Positions 19,496 through 29,741 of a stretch of DNA of 64,000 nt are shown here, in pieces (position 1 is the stretch's first letter; each line of letters starts with the position of its first letter). The notes under the pieces were generated by a model. The model did no database searches. It was given only the letters and a program-made list of their open reading frames with translations, and was not told the origin of the DNA. This DNA comes from Promethearchaeota archaeon Loki_b31 (lineage in GTDB: Archaea > Asgardarchaeota > Lokiarchaeia > Sigyniarchaeales > SOKP01), in the NCBI GenBank assembly GCA_005222975.1, contig NJBI01000006.1, positions 1-64,000 of the forward strand, in the 5' to 3' direction. The position numbers were made by a program, and so were the translations under genes.

Positions 19496-20203
19496 TTATT
19501 TCTTAAAACCTATATACAACATCCATGAGCTACTTACCATTGCTATTCTTATAAAAACCAATGTTACCCCAGGACTTATTAATGAATCACCTGCTCCAGC
19601 TATTACAAAAATTAAGAATCCTAAAGATAAAAATAAAAAATTTCGTCTTATTATTCCTGTTGATTGAAAACTTTTACGCAAAAACCCAAATCCATTAAAG
19701 ATTAGAACGGAAAGTAAAAAAATAACAATTAATATGAATGTGGGATGGCCAAAAACAAAACTAGTATCAGTCAGGTCTTCCCCAGGATTTTTTAATATAA
19801 AAGTGAAAGAATTCATCGTATCTAAAAATAGAAATAACTCAAAAAGTATCCCTAAGACAATATAGATTGATACAATATTCCATTTTTTATCGGGTTTAAT
19901 GAGTTCAGCTCCAATATACATGGCACATATAAGACTTGGAGCAACCCACATATAGCTTAATCTTCCATATATACCAATTGTCACGGGATTTTCCAAATTA
20001 TCCCCAGTCAATAAAATTGATATGAAATCAGAAAATGGACCTAAATACAAAAGACCCGCAAAAAATACCATTAGACCAGCATAAGTAAGTAACTTTGCCT
20101 TTAATTTTAATGATCTGTAAAAAAATAATAACCCAAACACACAGGAAGATATAATAACGCCTGTTGCTGTTAATCCATCAAGCAAACCAGAATAAGAAAT
20201 CAA
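19496..20203 (-). CDS. Multi-pass (about 7 TM) membrane protein of unknown function
   Basis: 235 aa with about 7 hydrophobic segments; TTG start. Confidence 0.8.
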   Translation of the reverse strand: MISYSGLLDGLTATGVIISSCVFGLLFFYRSLKLKAKLLTYAGLMVFFAGLLYLGPFSDFISILLTGDNLENPVTIGIYGRLSYMWVAPSLICAMYIGAELIKPDKKWNIVSIYIVLGILFELFLFLDTMNSFTFILKNPGEDLTDTSFVFGHPTFILIVIFLLSVLIFNGFGFLRKSFQSTGIIRRNFLFLSLGFLIFVIAGAGDSLISPGVTLVFIRIAMVSSSWMLYIGFKK

Positions 20204-20610
20204 TTTAAACTTTCACTTTTTCATTCAGGTAGGTAATTTTTTTATTATTATTATTTATTAATACTCTTATTATATAAATTAGTACTTGATTATGTGATCA
20301 TACACCCTCATTATTTTTAACTCTTCGTCTCGCCAAAAATCTGTGTCTAGAGATCCTTAATTTTTTTGAATGCTGGTTATACTCATCTAATTTTTATTTT
20401 AAACCTATAATATATTTTTATTTCATTAAATTTATCTTGCACTAATTTATAACCCCAAAATCTATATCTCTGGATCACTTCTCGGTTTTAAAGAACTTAA
20501 CCAAATTAAATCTGAAATATCGAAATATGTGATCCATGTATTTCCCTCGAAAGATTCACTTTTAATAATTAAACACCTTATTTGAATTATTAATTTAAAT
20601 AATTTTTTTC

Positions 20611-20892
20611 TTAACCAATAATTAATAATTCTAGAAGTATCGCCTTCGGGGTTTCAGCTTTAATACCTGCATCTTTAATATCAAACCAGATTTCAAACCA
20701 TCCTTTTTCGTTGGTATTTTCTGATTGTTCTTCTAGATATGTACAATTTCCATGTTGTACTCCATTATAATCAATATATTCTAATTCATACCATTCACAT
20801 TCATGGCATCTACAATCAACACACCAACAGCCATTCTCTTTTTCATCACATGCTAAACAACACCCTAAACCATTAGAATAATCTTGTCTTAT
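20611..20892 (-). CDS. Unannotated Cys-rich small protein (93 aa), putative ATA start
   Basis: GAGGT-N7-ATA then RQDYSNGLGCCLACDEKENGCWCVDCRCHECEWY...GNCTYL...WFEIWFDIKDAGIKAETPKAILLELLIIG*. An in-frame TAA upstream means no ATG/GTG/TTG start is available. Confidence 0.5.
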   Translation of the reverse strand: MRQDYSNGLGCCLACDEKENGCWCVDCRCHECEWYELEYIDYNGVQHGNCTYLEEQSENTNEKGWFEIWFDIKDAGIKAETPKAILLELLIIG

Positions 20893-20945
20893 AACAAAAA
20901 CCTCTGGTCTTTTGGATTACTCTATATTTATTTCTTTTTATGTAT

Positions 20946-21911
20946 CAGTATTTAATTTTTTATTTTTTTCTCTATTATTTTCGATGGTCGGTAAGCCGAC
21001 ATTATTTGAAATTTACCCGATCACCCCTTGTGATTTTTTCTCCAGAGAAAGAAAGGCTTTCGTTAATAAATCTTGGTTTTGATTTAATGTCCAAGCCTTT
21101 TTTTTCCACATTTTTTTTCTGCATTTTGAATCTGTTTTTTATTCATCTTCCATGAATTATAAAGAAGTATTCTTGCCATCATATCTAAATATCGTAGATT
21201 ATCATAGTTTGACTTCCATCGGCGATTAATTCGATTTAAGTCGGAAAATCCCGTTTCAATTAACCATCTTCGACGATAAAATAAAGAAGTGCGGGACGCC
21301 CAAGAGTTTGTCTTTCCTTTAGGCTTCTTAGTAGTCATTATGGTAAAAACTTTATGGCGAGCATCCTTTAAGGTTATTTTTCCGCTTTTATAATCTCTTT
21401 TGACGCCTTGGAGAGAAAAGCCCCTCTTCGCTTTTATTATTAGGTAAACATCTTTCCAAAATCGCCTTTTTGCTGCGGGAGCGGTTGAAAAGGTGTATTT
21501 CCGTACCCGACCATGCTTTCCCTCGATATATTCGGTAATGAACTGCTTAACTTTCTTGTATTGCTTGGCAGGGATTAAAACATGTCCTCCTTTTCTTTCA
21601 ATATCATCGATATTGATGCTTTTTGTACTTCCACATGCGAGATGTAACTACTTCACAAAACTTTTTAAAAAATGCGAGCATATTATCATTAAAAAGAAGT
21701 GATTTAACTCCCATTCTTTCAATAAAGTCAGGAGATATTTTTTTTATTAGCATAAATAAATATTATCACTTCTTTCTAATAAATTTAGCGGTAAATAATC
21801 AAATAATTAAGAAAAGTAAAAATAATATTTCAAAATACTAATTAAGTTTTAAAAATGAATAGAATAAGTCACAGGTCAATAGGATTTAGACTTTAAAATC
21901 CTTTGGTACTG
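20946..21911 (-). mobile_element. Internally deleted ISH3-like (IS4-related DDE) insertion sequence, 966 bp
   Basis: Termini CAGTA...TACTG, flanked by direct repeat TATGTAT (20939-20945 and 21912-21918); contains transposase remnants. Confidence 0.75.
21084..21753 (-). pseudogene. Transposase pseudogene (N-terminal 49 codons joined out of frame to the C-terminal half)
   Basis: ATG 21753 MLIKKISPDF...KKHQYR*. A second frame from about 21612 reads IDDIERKGGHVLIPAK...YRRRWLIETGF...LLYNSW. The first two catalytic Asp regions are missing. Confidence 0.8.
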
Positions 21912-22211
21912 TATGTATAAAATTAAATTTGAAAACTTTGTATCCCACTCATTAGTAAAATGAACTAGGAACAATAGTATTAATATTTAAACTTTACAAA
22001 ATATCCTTGACATTGCCAGATCTTTTGGATTGTAATCATGTCTAATACTTTGAAATGTATCATTTAAGATTTTTAAATTTGCGATTTTAGATAGGGAAAA
22101 AAGATTCCATCCTATTGGGTTTCCACACACAATTAGATGAAAATAATTTATAATTTAGAAAAACTTTTTTGATTTCCAGAATTAAGTTCTCTTAAAAGAA
22201 AATATTAGAAT

Positions 22212-25082
22212 ATGAATGATTATATCGTCATTAAGGGCGCTAGGCAGAATAACTTAAAAAATATTGATGTGGTAATTCCACGCAATAAGCTTGTAGTTGT
22301 AACTGGTATTAGTGGAAGCGGGAAAAGTTCGCTTGTTATTAATACTTTATTCGCTGAAGGACAACGAAGGTTTCTTGAATCTTTATCAAGCTATGCCAGA
22401 CAATTTCTTGGTGAAATGGATAAGCCAGATGTAGATTCAATAGAAGGGTTATCTCCTGCTATAGCTATAGAACAAAAACTCTTGTCAAAAAATCCTCGAA
22501 GTACTGTAGGAACGGTCACAGAAATATATGATTATTACAGACTATTATTTGCCAATATTGGGATTCCTCACTGTCCTAATTGTGGCAAAGAAATCAGACC
22601 GCAAACACCTCAACAAATTATTCAACAAATATTAGATTCTATAGAAGAGAATCAAAAATTTATAGTTAAAGCACCCGTTATTCGAGATCGCAAGGGTGAA
22701 TATAAAGACCTTCTTAAAGATCTCAAAAAACAAGGATATGTCCGAGTTGAGGTAGATGGGATTCAATATACTTTAGACGAAGAAATCCCTATGGACAAGA
22801 ATGTAAAACATCATATTAATGTAATTATTGATAGATTAGTAATGAAAAATGATATCAAAACCAGATTAGCAGATTCAATTGAAAATGCTTTAAATTTAAC
22901 GGATGGAATCGTTGTTGTAGAAGTTCTTGACAAGGAAGAACAGATATATTCTGAACATTTAGCGTGCGTTGATTGTAGTATTTCTTTTCCACCTATTAAC
23001 CATAAAATGTTCTCATTTAACATACCACATGGTAGTTGCAAATATTGTAGTGGATTAGGAACTGTAATGGAATTCGATTACGAATTGGTATTAGGAAAAG
23101 ATTCTGATGTTCCACTTCAAGAAACTCCGATTAGAAACATACCTGGTTTTGGTACTTTAACGGGATATTTTTGGCAATCCGTAAGACAAGTTGCTGAACA
23201 TTACAAGTTTGATACCGATAAAACAGCGATAAAGAATATCGATCCAAAAAAGTTGGATAAGATATTATTTGGAACGGAAGAAGAAGTAATAGAATTCCAT
23301 TTCGAAAGCGAAAACAATGGTTTTGGAAATCAAAAAAATGAAATAAAATCGTCGTATCATGTTGCTAGACCTTTCGAAGGGCTAATTCCTATGCTGCATA
23401 GAAGATATATGGAAACACGTTCAGAGTGGGCTCGAGATATTTACGAAAGTTTTATGAATCGAATTGACTGTCCACAGTGTAAGGGTCAAAGACTAAGACC
23501 AGAAAGTCTATCAATCATCATAGATAATCTTAATATTGCTGAATTATCCGATTTATCTGTCAAAGACTCATTGAATTATTTTAAAAAATTAAAGTTGAAC
23601 GAGCTTCAAAAAAAGATCGTAAAGGATGTATTAAAGGAAATTTTAGATCGATTATCTTTCTTAGAAAATGTTGGATTGGATTACATAACTTTAAGCCGAA
23701 GATCACACACACTCTCTGTAGGAGAAGCTGAAAGAATTAGGCTGGCGACTCAATTAGGTTCCCGTCTAGTTGGTGTATTGTACGTGTTAGATGAGCCTTC
23801 TGTAGGTTTACACCAACGAGATATTTCCCAATTGATACAGATGTTAAAGAAATTAAGAGATTTAGGGAATACCGTAATCGTTGTAGAACACGACGATGAA
23901 ATTATGCGTAATGCCGATCATATTATAGACCTCGGGCCTTTAGCAGGCGAGAACGGGGGAGAAGTCGTTGCTGAAGGACCTATTGAAGTTATTTTAGAAT
24001 CAAAAACCTTAACTGGTGAATATTTATCAGGGAAAAAAAAGATTGAAGTCCCTAAAAAAAGACGAACCATTAACGACGAATTTATTGAAATTAAAGGTGC
24101 TCGAGAAAATAACCTAAAAAATATAAATATCAAGATTCCTTTGAGCATATTTACGTGTATTACAGGCGTTTCGGGAGCGGGAAAAACAAGTTTGATAATC
24201 GATTGTTTATACAAGGGACTACATAACATTATAAATACTCGCAGTTCGCGTTTAAGCATAGGCGATTTTGACGAAATAAAAGGTCACGATAAGATTGATA
24301 AAATAATTAACATAGATCAATCTCCAATTGGAAGAACTCCTCGGTCGGTCCCAGCCACTTATACTAAGGCATTAGATTATATAAGAGATATTTTCGCTAG
24401 ACTTGAAGAATCAAGAGAGAGGGGTTATAAGAAAGGAAGATTCAGCTTCAATACTAAAGAAGGGCACTGTAAAAAATGTAAAGGAACAGGATTCATCCTT
24501 AAAGAGATGTATTTTCTTCCAGATGTTTACATTAGATGCGATTTGTGCAACGGAAAGAGATATAACGCTGAAACCTTAGAAATTAAATTTAAGGGAAACA
24601 CGATTTCAAATGTGCTTAAGATGACGTTTCATCAAGCACTCGAATTTTTCGAGTTCATTCCAAATTTAAAGCGAACCTTAAAAACTGTAGTTGATGTAGG
24701 GTTAGGATATCTAGAGTTGGGGCAATCTTCGACAACCCTAAGCGGGGGTGAATCTCAGCGTTTAAAAATAGCAAGAGAACTAAGGAAAACTAGCACTGGA
24801 AACACATTATATATTCTTGACGAACCAACAACCGGACTTCACATGTATGATATTCAATTTTTATTGAAAGTACTTCAAAAATTAGTGGATAAAGGTAATA
24901 CGGTGGTAATTATAGAACATAATATGGAAATAATAAAATCTGTAGATCATATTATTGATCTTGGACCTGAAGGTGGAGAAAAAGGCGGAGAATTAGTCGT
25001 AAAAGGAACACCAGAAGAGATTATCGATAATAAAACGTCATATACGGCAAAATATCTCAAAAGATATTTAAATCATAATTAA
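22212..25082 (+). CDS. uvrA: Excinuclease ABC subunit A
   Basis: Two ABC ATPase modules (GISGSGKS, GVSGAGKT), Zn fingers, LDEPSVGLH and LDEPTTGLH. Confidence 0.98.
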   Translation: MNDYIVIKGARQNNLKNIDVVIPRNKLVVVTGISGSGKSSLVINTLFAEGQRRFLESLSSYARQFLGEMDKPDVDSIEGLSPAIAIEQKLLSKNPRSTVGTVTEIYDYYRLLFANIGIPHCPNCGKEIRPQTPQQIIQQILDSIEENQKFIVKAPVIRDRKGEYKDLLKDLKKQGYVRVEVDGIQYTLDEEIPMDKNVKHHINVIIDRLVMKNDIKTRLADSIENALNLTDGIVVVEVLDKEEQIYSEHLACVDCSISFPPINHKMFSFNIPHGSCKYCSGLGTVMEFDYELVLGKDSDVPLQETPIRNIPGFGTLTGYFWQSVRQVAEHYKFDTDKTAIKNIDPKKLDKILFGTEEEVIEFHFESENNGFGNQKNEIKSSYHVARPFEGLIPMLHRRYMETRSEWARDIYESFMNRIDCPQCKGQRLRPESLSIIIDNLNIAELSDLSVKDSLNYFKKLKLNELQKKIVKDVLKEILDRLSFLENVGLDYITLSRRSHTLSVGEAERIRLATQLGSRLVGVLYVLDEPSVGLHQRDISQLIQMLKKLRDLGNTVIVVEHDDEIMRNADHIIDLGPLAGENGGEVVAEGPIEVILESKTLTGEYLSGKKKIEVPKKRRTINDEFIEIKGARENNLKNINIKIPLSIFTCITGVSGAGKTSLIIDCLYKGLHNIINTRSSRLSIGDFDEIKGHDKIDKIINIDQSPIGRTPRSVPATYTKALDYIRDIFARLEESRERGYKKGRFSFNTKEGHCKKCKGTGFILKEMYFLPDVYIRCDLCNGKRYNAETLEIKFKGNTISNVLKMTFHQALEFFEFIPNLKRTLKTVVDVGLGYLELGQSSTTLSGGESQRLKIARELRKTSTGNTLYILDEPTTGLHMYDIQFLLKVLQKLVDKGNTVVIIEHNMEIIKSVDHIIDLGPEGGEKGGELVVKGTPEEIIDNKTSYTAKYLKRYLNHN

Positions 25083-25206
25083 GATTACTATTCTAAATTT
25101 TAGTATTTTACTATTCATTCAACAAATTCTAAATCGATTAATACTTTTTTTAATTATTACAAATATTTAGAGAAATTTAATTAATTTTTTCAAATAGTGA
25201 TTGTAA

Positions 25207-27015
25207 ATGAACGCTGAATCAGAATCTAAGACTATCCGCGCTCCAATAGTTTGTATATTAGGCCATATAGACCACGGTAAAACCTCGATTCTAGATTACA
25301 TTCGAGGGACAGTAGTACAGCAAAGAGAAGCCGCTGGAATTACGCAACACATAGGAGCGTCTTATTTTCCAACAGAGGATGTTAGAGAGTTTTTAAGGAA
25401 ATCAAAACAAGAATTTGCTGAAAAAGAAATTCAATTACCTGGAATCCTAATTATAGACACTCCGGGTCACGCCGCGTTTATGAATCTTAGGAAAAGAGGT
25501 GGAGCCATTGCGGATATTGCGATTTTAGTAATTGATGTAACCGCTGGAAACATGCCAATTACGTGGGAATCAGTTAGAATTTTAAGAGAGCGGAAAGTGC
25601 CTTTTGTTATTGCGGCTAATAAAATCGATAGGATTTCTGGGTGGAAATCTACTAAAGACGCAGACTTTTTAGATTCATACAATAAGCAAAGACCCCATGT
25701 AAAAGATTTTCTTGACGAAAAACTAATACAAATTGGCGTAGATTTCTTACAAGAAGGCTTCAAAGGAATCGATCGATACGATAAAATAAAAGATTTTACT
25801 AAAAAAATAGCAATTGTACCTACAAGTGCTAAAACCGGAGAAGGAATATCTACCTTATTAATGGTTTTAATGGGTTTAGTACAGCAATTTTTAACGGAAA
25901 ACTTGAAGTTCTCGGAAGGCCCAGCTAAAGGCGTTGTTTTGGAAGTGAAGAAAGAAAAAGGACAAGGCATTACTATGGATGTTTTAATTTACGATGGTAT
26001 CATTAACAGAGGGGACGAATTTATTGTTGGTGGATTAGAAAAACCTATTAAATCTAAGGTTCGTGCGTTATTAAGACCCAAACCTATGGATGAAATAAGA
26101 GACCCGCGACAAAAATTTGATTTTGAAGAATTTGTAAGTGCCGCATCAGGAATTAAGATTTTAGCCCCCAATATAGACGATGTCGTTGCGGGTTCGCCAT
26201 TTAGAATCATTGGAACACCTTCTGAGGAAGAAATGATATATAATGAGATATTGGAAGAAGTTCAGAATATACGGATAAAAACAGATAAAGCGGGCGTTGT
26301 CTTGAAAGCTGACACTTTAGGATCGCTGGAAGCTTTAGAAAATCATTTTACAAAAAATGGTGTGAAAATATGTATTGCCGATGTCGGTTCAATTAAGAAA
26401 GAGGATATTATGAATGCAAATTTAGTTAAACTTCTTGATCCATATTCAGCAGTTGTTCTAGGTTTTAACGTGGCTATCTTGCCCGAAGCTGAGGAACAAG
26501 CAATAGCGGATAATGTTAGAATTTTTACAAATAACGTTATATATCGCTTACTTGAAGATTATATTGAGTATGCAGAAATAAGAAAAGCCGAGGATACCGC
26601 AAAAGGATTAAGCGAATTAGTTTTACCAGCAAAGCTACAGATGATTCCCGATTTTATATTTAGAAATTCAGATCCCGCAGTTTTTGGCGTACTTATAGAA
26701 GCAGGAACTTTATACCCGAAAGTTCCTTTAATAACTGCTAAAGGAGTAAAAGCTAGAAGAGTTCACCAAATTCAAGATAAAGGAAAGACCGTAGAGAAAG
26801 CTGGAAAAGATAACGAAGTTGCTATTTCTATTCGTGGCATAGAAATAGGAAGAGATATAGAAAAAGACGAAACCTTATATGTTAATGTACCCGAATCTCA
26901 TGTAAGGCAATTAATGGGAAAATTTCTCGATGAATTAACCGTAGATCAAAAGCAAGCTTTACGAGAATATATCATAATCCAACGTAAACTCCAACATCCT
27001 TGGTGGGGTATGTAG
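25207..27015 (+). CDS. infB: Translation initiation factor aIF5B/IF-2
   Basis: GHIDHGKT, GITQHIGA, DTPGH, NKID, KADTLGSLEAL, C-terminal PWWG. Confidence 0.97.
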   Translation: MNAESESKTIRAPIVCILGHIDHGKTSILDYIRGTVVQQREAAGITQHIGASYFPTEDVREFLRKSKQEFAEKEIQLPGILIIDTPGHAAFMNLRKRGGAIADIAILVIDVTAGNMPITWESVRILRERKVPFVIAANKIDRISGWKSTKDADFLDSYNKQRPHVKDFLDEKLIQIGVDFLQEGFKGIDRYDKIKDFTKKIAIVPTSAKTGEGISTLLMVLMGLVQQFLTENLKFSEGPAKGVVLEVKKEKGQGITMDVLIYDGIINRGDEFIVGGLEKPIKSKVRALLRPKPMDEIRDPRQKFDFEEFVSAASGIKILAPNIDDVVAGSPFRIIGTPSEEEMIYNEILEEVQNIRIKTDKAGVVLKADTLGSLEALENHFTKNGVKICIADVGSIKKEDIMNANLVKLLDPYSAVVLGFNVAILPEAEEQAIADNVRIFTNNVIYRLLEDYIEYAEIRKAEDTAKGLSELVLPAKLQMIPDFIFRNSDPAVFGVLIEAGTLYPKVPLITAKGVKARRVHQIQDKGKTVEKAGKDNEVAISIRGIEIGRDIEKDETLYVNVPESHVRQLMGKFLDELTVDQKQALREYIIIQRKLQHPWWGM

Positions 27016-27109
27016 AAATAGGCTACTTAAATTAATTCTAACTTAATTTTATAATCCTTTTTTTAAAATAATTAAAAAATTTAAAATATTAAGACTGAAA
27101 AATAATATT

Positions 27110-28402
27110 GTGAAAGGAATCGTTTTTGAATTTAAATTAAGAAAATTAATAATCGCCAAGATTGCGGGTTTTTTCCGATTAAAAGGATATCTTTCGAGAT
27201 TTGGACCTTTCCGCTTAAAAGACCTACCAGATCCACCGATTAGGGGTGATAATTGGGTAGTAGTTCGCACAGAATATTGTGGTATCTGTGGTAGTGATAC
27301 AAAACAAGTGTTCCTTCATGGAAATAGAGACAATCCTCTAATTGGATTGATATCTTTCCCTCAAGTATTAGGTCATGAAGTTGTTGGAACAATAGTTCGT
27401 ACTGGACCATTTGTTAATATAAGAATTGGCACTAGGATAACCCTTTATCCAAATATTAGTTGCAAGCCAAGAAATCTTCCACCATGTAAAGCCTGTCAAG
27501 AAGGAGATTATACATTATGTAGAAATTTCACCCATGGGAATCTTTCTCCAGGAATCCATACAGGTAATAGCAGTGACGCTACAGGCGGATTTGCTGAACT
27601 TCTTCCTGCTCATGAGTGGATGGTATTCCCGATCCCTGATGGAATTACTTGGAAACAAGCAATCATTGCCGATCCTTTTTCAGTAGCATTTCACTCCATC
27701 TTAAAAGTCTTACCCTCGCCTGGTTCTATATGTGCAGTTTACGGTTGTGGAACCTTAGGTTTATTGACTATCCAAATTTTAAAACATGTTTTTGAAGGCC
27801 TTACTGTTATTGCTATTGCTCGTTTTCCCCATCAAGCTGATATGGCAAAACAATTCGGCGCTGATATTATTTTAAAACATAGACCAACACAAAAAATTAT
27901 AGAACAAATAGCCTCGTATGTGAATTGTGATGTGTATTATATCAACGGTAAAAAACCTTGGTTAATTGAAGGGGTTGATTTTCTCTTCGATACTGTAGCT
28001 TCAAATGAAACTTTAGAGATTGGACTCAGAATTGTAAAAGCTAGAGAGAAAGTATCTAATAACACTAATTTAGATCTAATTAGTACTCCTGGAGCGATTG
28101 TTATGACGGGTGTTTCTACTCCTAAACGTTTTGAATGGACGCCTTGGTACTTTAAAGAAATCAGGATTATAGGCTCCAATGCTTTTGGAGATGAAACTTT
28201 TGAGGGCCGACGTGAACATGCTTATAAGCATTATTTTAAATTTCTTAACGAAGGTCTTTTTGATCCTTCTCCAATCATTACACACACATTTCCATTAAAA
28301 AAATTTAAAGATGCTTTAGTAACAACTGCAAAGCAAAAGAAAAATAAATCTATAAAAGTCATTTTAACTCATAAAACCAACAGGCAGGTTGATATAAAAT
28401 GA
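27110..28402 (+). CDS. Zinc-binding medium-chain alcohol dehydrogenase
   Basis: CGICGSD, GHEVVG, structural Zn Cys cluster, GCGTLG. Confidence 0.9.
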   Translation: MKGIVFEFKLRKLIIAKIAGFFRLKGYLSRFGPFRLKDLPDPPIRGDNWVVVRTEYCGICGSDTKQVFLHGNRDNPLIGLISFPQVLGHEVVGTIVRTGPFVNIRIGTRITLYPNISCKPRNLPPCKACQEGDYTLCRNFTHGNLSPGIHTGNSSDATGGFAELLPAHEWMVFPIPDGITWKQAIIADPFSVAFHSILKVLPSPGSICAVYGCGTLGLLTIQILKHVFEGLTVIAIARFPHQADMAKQFGADIILKHRPTQKIIEQIASYVNCDVYYINGKKPWLIEGVDFLFDTVASNETLEIGLRIVKAREKVSNNTNLDLISTPGAIVMTGVSTPKRFEWTPWYFKEIRIIGSNAFGDETFEGRREHAYKHYFKFLNEGLFDPSPIITHTFPLKKFKDALVTTAKQKKNKSIKVILTHKTNRQVDIK

Positions 28403-29649
28403 ATTCAAAAGATCAAATTAATACAATGCCTGCTTTACAGTTTCAAATGAAACTGATTAAGTTATTTAAAAGCTTAATTCGTGGTCGTAGAAACCCTGCA
28501 GGTTATTGGAAAAAAGGAGGGGCTATTGTGTTTAATCAAATCCCCATTCCCTCGTTAATTTCTGACAAGTGGGTCATTGTAAAAACAGTTTATTGTGGAA
28601 TATGTGGAAGCGATATGAAAGAAATTACTTTAAATGGAGCTCGTGATAATCCTATCCAAAGTTTTGTTAGTTTTCCACATACTATTGGCCATGAAATCGT
28701 AGGTATCATCGATCAAGTGGGTTCCGCGGTGAAAAAAGTAAATATTGGCGATCGTGTAGTGATAAATCCCTGGTTTTCCTGTGAACCTCGTGGAATTTCT
28801 CCTAAATGTTCCCGATGTCAAAAAGGTGATTTTAATCATTGTCGTAATTTTCAAAGAGGGCAGCTACCTACTGGAATGCACCTTGGCATTACGAAAGGTT
28901 TTGGAGGCTATGCTCCATATGTTGCAGTGCACGAATCTCAGTGTTTTGTTATACCTGATGGTATCACTTTTGATAAGGCAATATTAGCTGATCCTTTTGC
29001 TGTTACTTTTCATTCGTGTTTGTTACTCAACCCTAAACCTGATAATTTGATATTAGTTTATGGATTAGGGGTACTTGGATTAGCCACTGTAATGTGTTTA
29101 AAAAATATCTTTAAAATAAAACATGTAATCGCAGTTGGTAGATATGAGTTTCAAAAAGAGCAGGCATTACAAAGTGGTGCAGATCATGTATTCATGGGTA
29201 GCGCAGCTGATTTAATCAGAGATATAGCTTCCACCCTAAACCTGGAATTGATAAAGCCAAAAGGGGGCTTGATATGGGCAATTGACGGTGTTGATGGAAT
29301 TATTGATACAATTGGGTCCGTAGAAACTTTTGAAGTGGGAATACGAGTGTTAACTACGAAAGGCCGCCTTATATTTACAGGAGTATCTACACCTCATCGC
29401 TGTGAAAATACACCACATTATTTTAAAGAACTAGAAATTATAGGTTCGTGCGGGGCTGTGGTCGAAGATTTTCAAGGAAAAAGATCCAACGCTTTTCAAT
29501 TCTTTTTAGAATTTCTTGACAAGAAGTTATTCGATCCTAGTCCTTTGTTAACTCATAAGTTCCTACTTGAAGATTATAAAAATGCTTTTAATACATTGGT
29601 AACAAAAAGAGACTCTCAAGCCATAAAGGTTGTGTTTGATTTTACTTGA
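28399..29649 (+). CDS. Zinc-binding medium-chain alcohol dehydrogenase (tandem paralog)
   Basis: CGICGSD, GHEIVG, GLGVLG; 4-bp ATGA overlap with the previous gene. Confidence 0.9.
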   Translation: MNSKDQINTMPALQFQMKLIKLFKSLIRGRRNPAGYWKKGGAIVFNQIPIPSLISDKWVIVKTVYCGICGSDMKEITLNGARDNPIQSFVSFPHTIGHEIVGIIDQVGSAVKKVNIGDRVVINPWFSCEPRGISPKCSRCQKGDFNHCRNFQRGQLPTGMHLGITKGFGGYAPYVAVHESQCFVIPDGITFDKAILADPFAVTFHSCLLLNPKPDNLILVYGLGVLGLATVMCLKNIFKIKHVIAVGRYEFQKEQALQSGADHVFMGSAADLIRDIASTLNLELIKPKGGLIWAIDGVDGIIDTIGSVETFEVGIRVLTTKGRLIFTGVSTPHRCENTPHYFKELEIIGSCGAVVEDFQGKRSNAFQFFLEFLDKKLFDPSPLLTHKFLLEDYKNAFNTLVTKRDSQAIKVVFDFT

Positions 29650-29741
29650 AATTAAGATTTGGGTAAATTGTAATGAATAATAGGTGGAAAATAGATATCT
29701 ATCGTGATGGCGATGAAATAAATATACTAAGGGTTTTGTAA

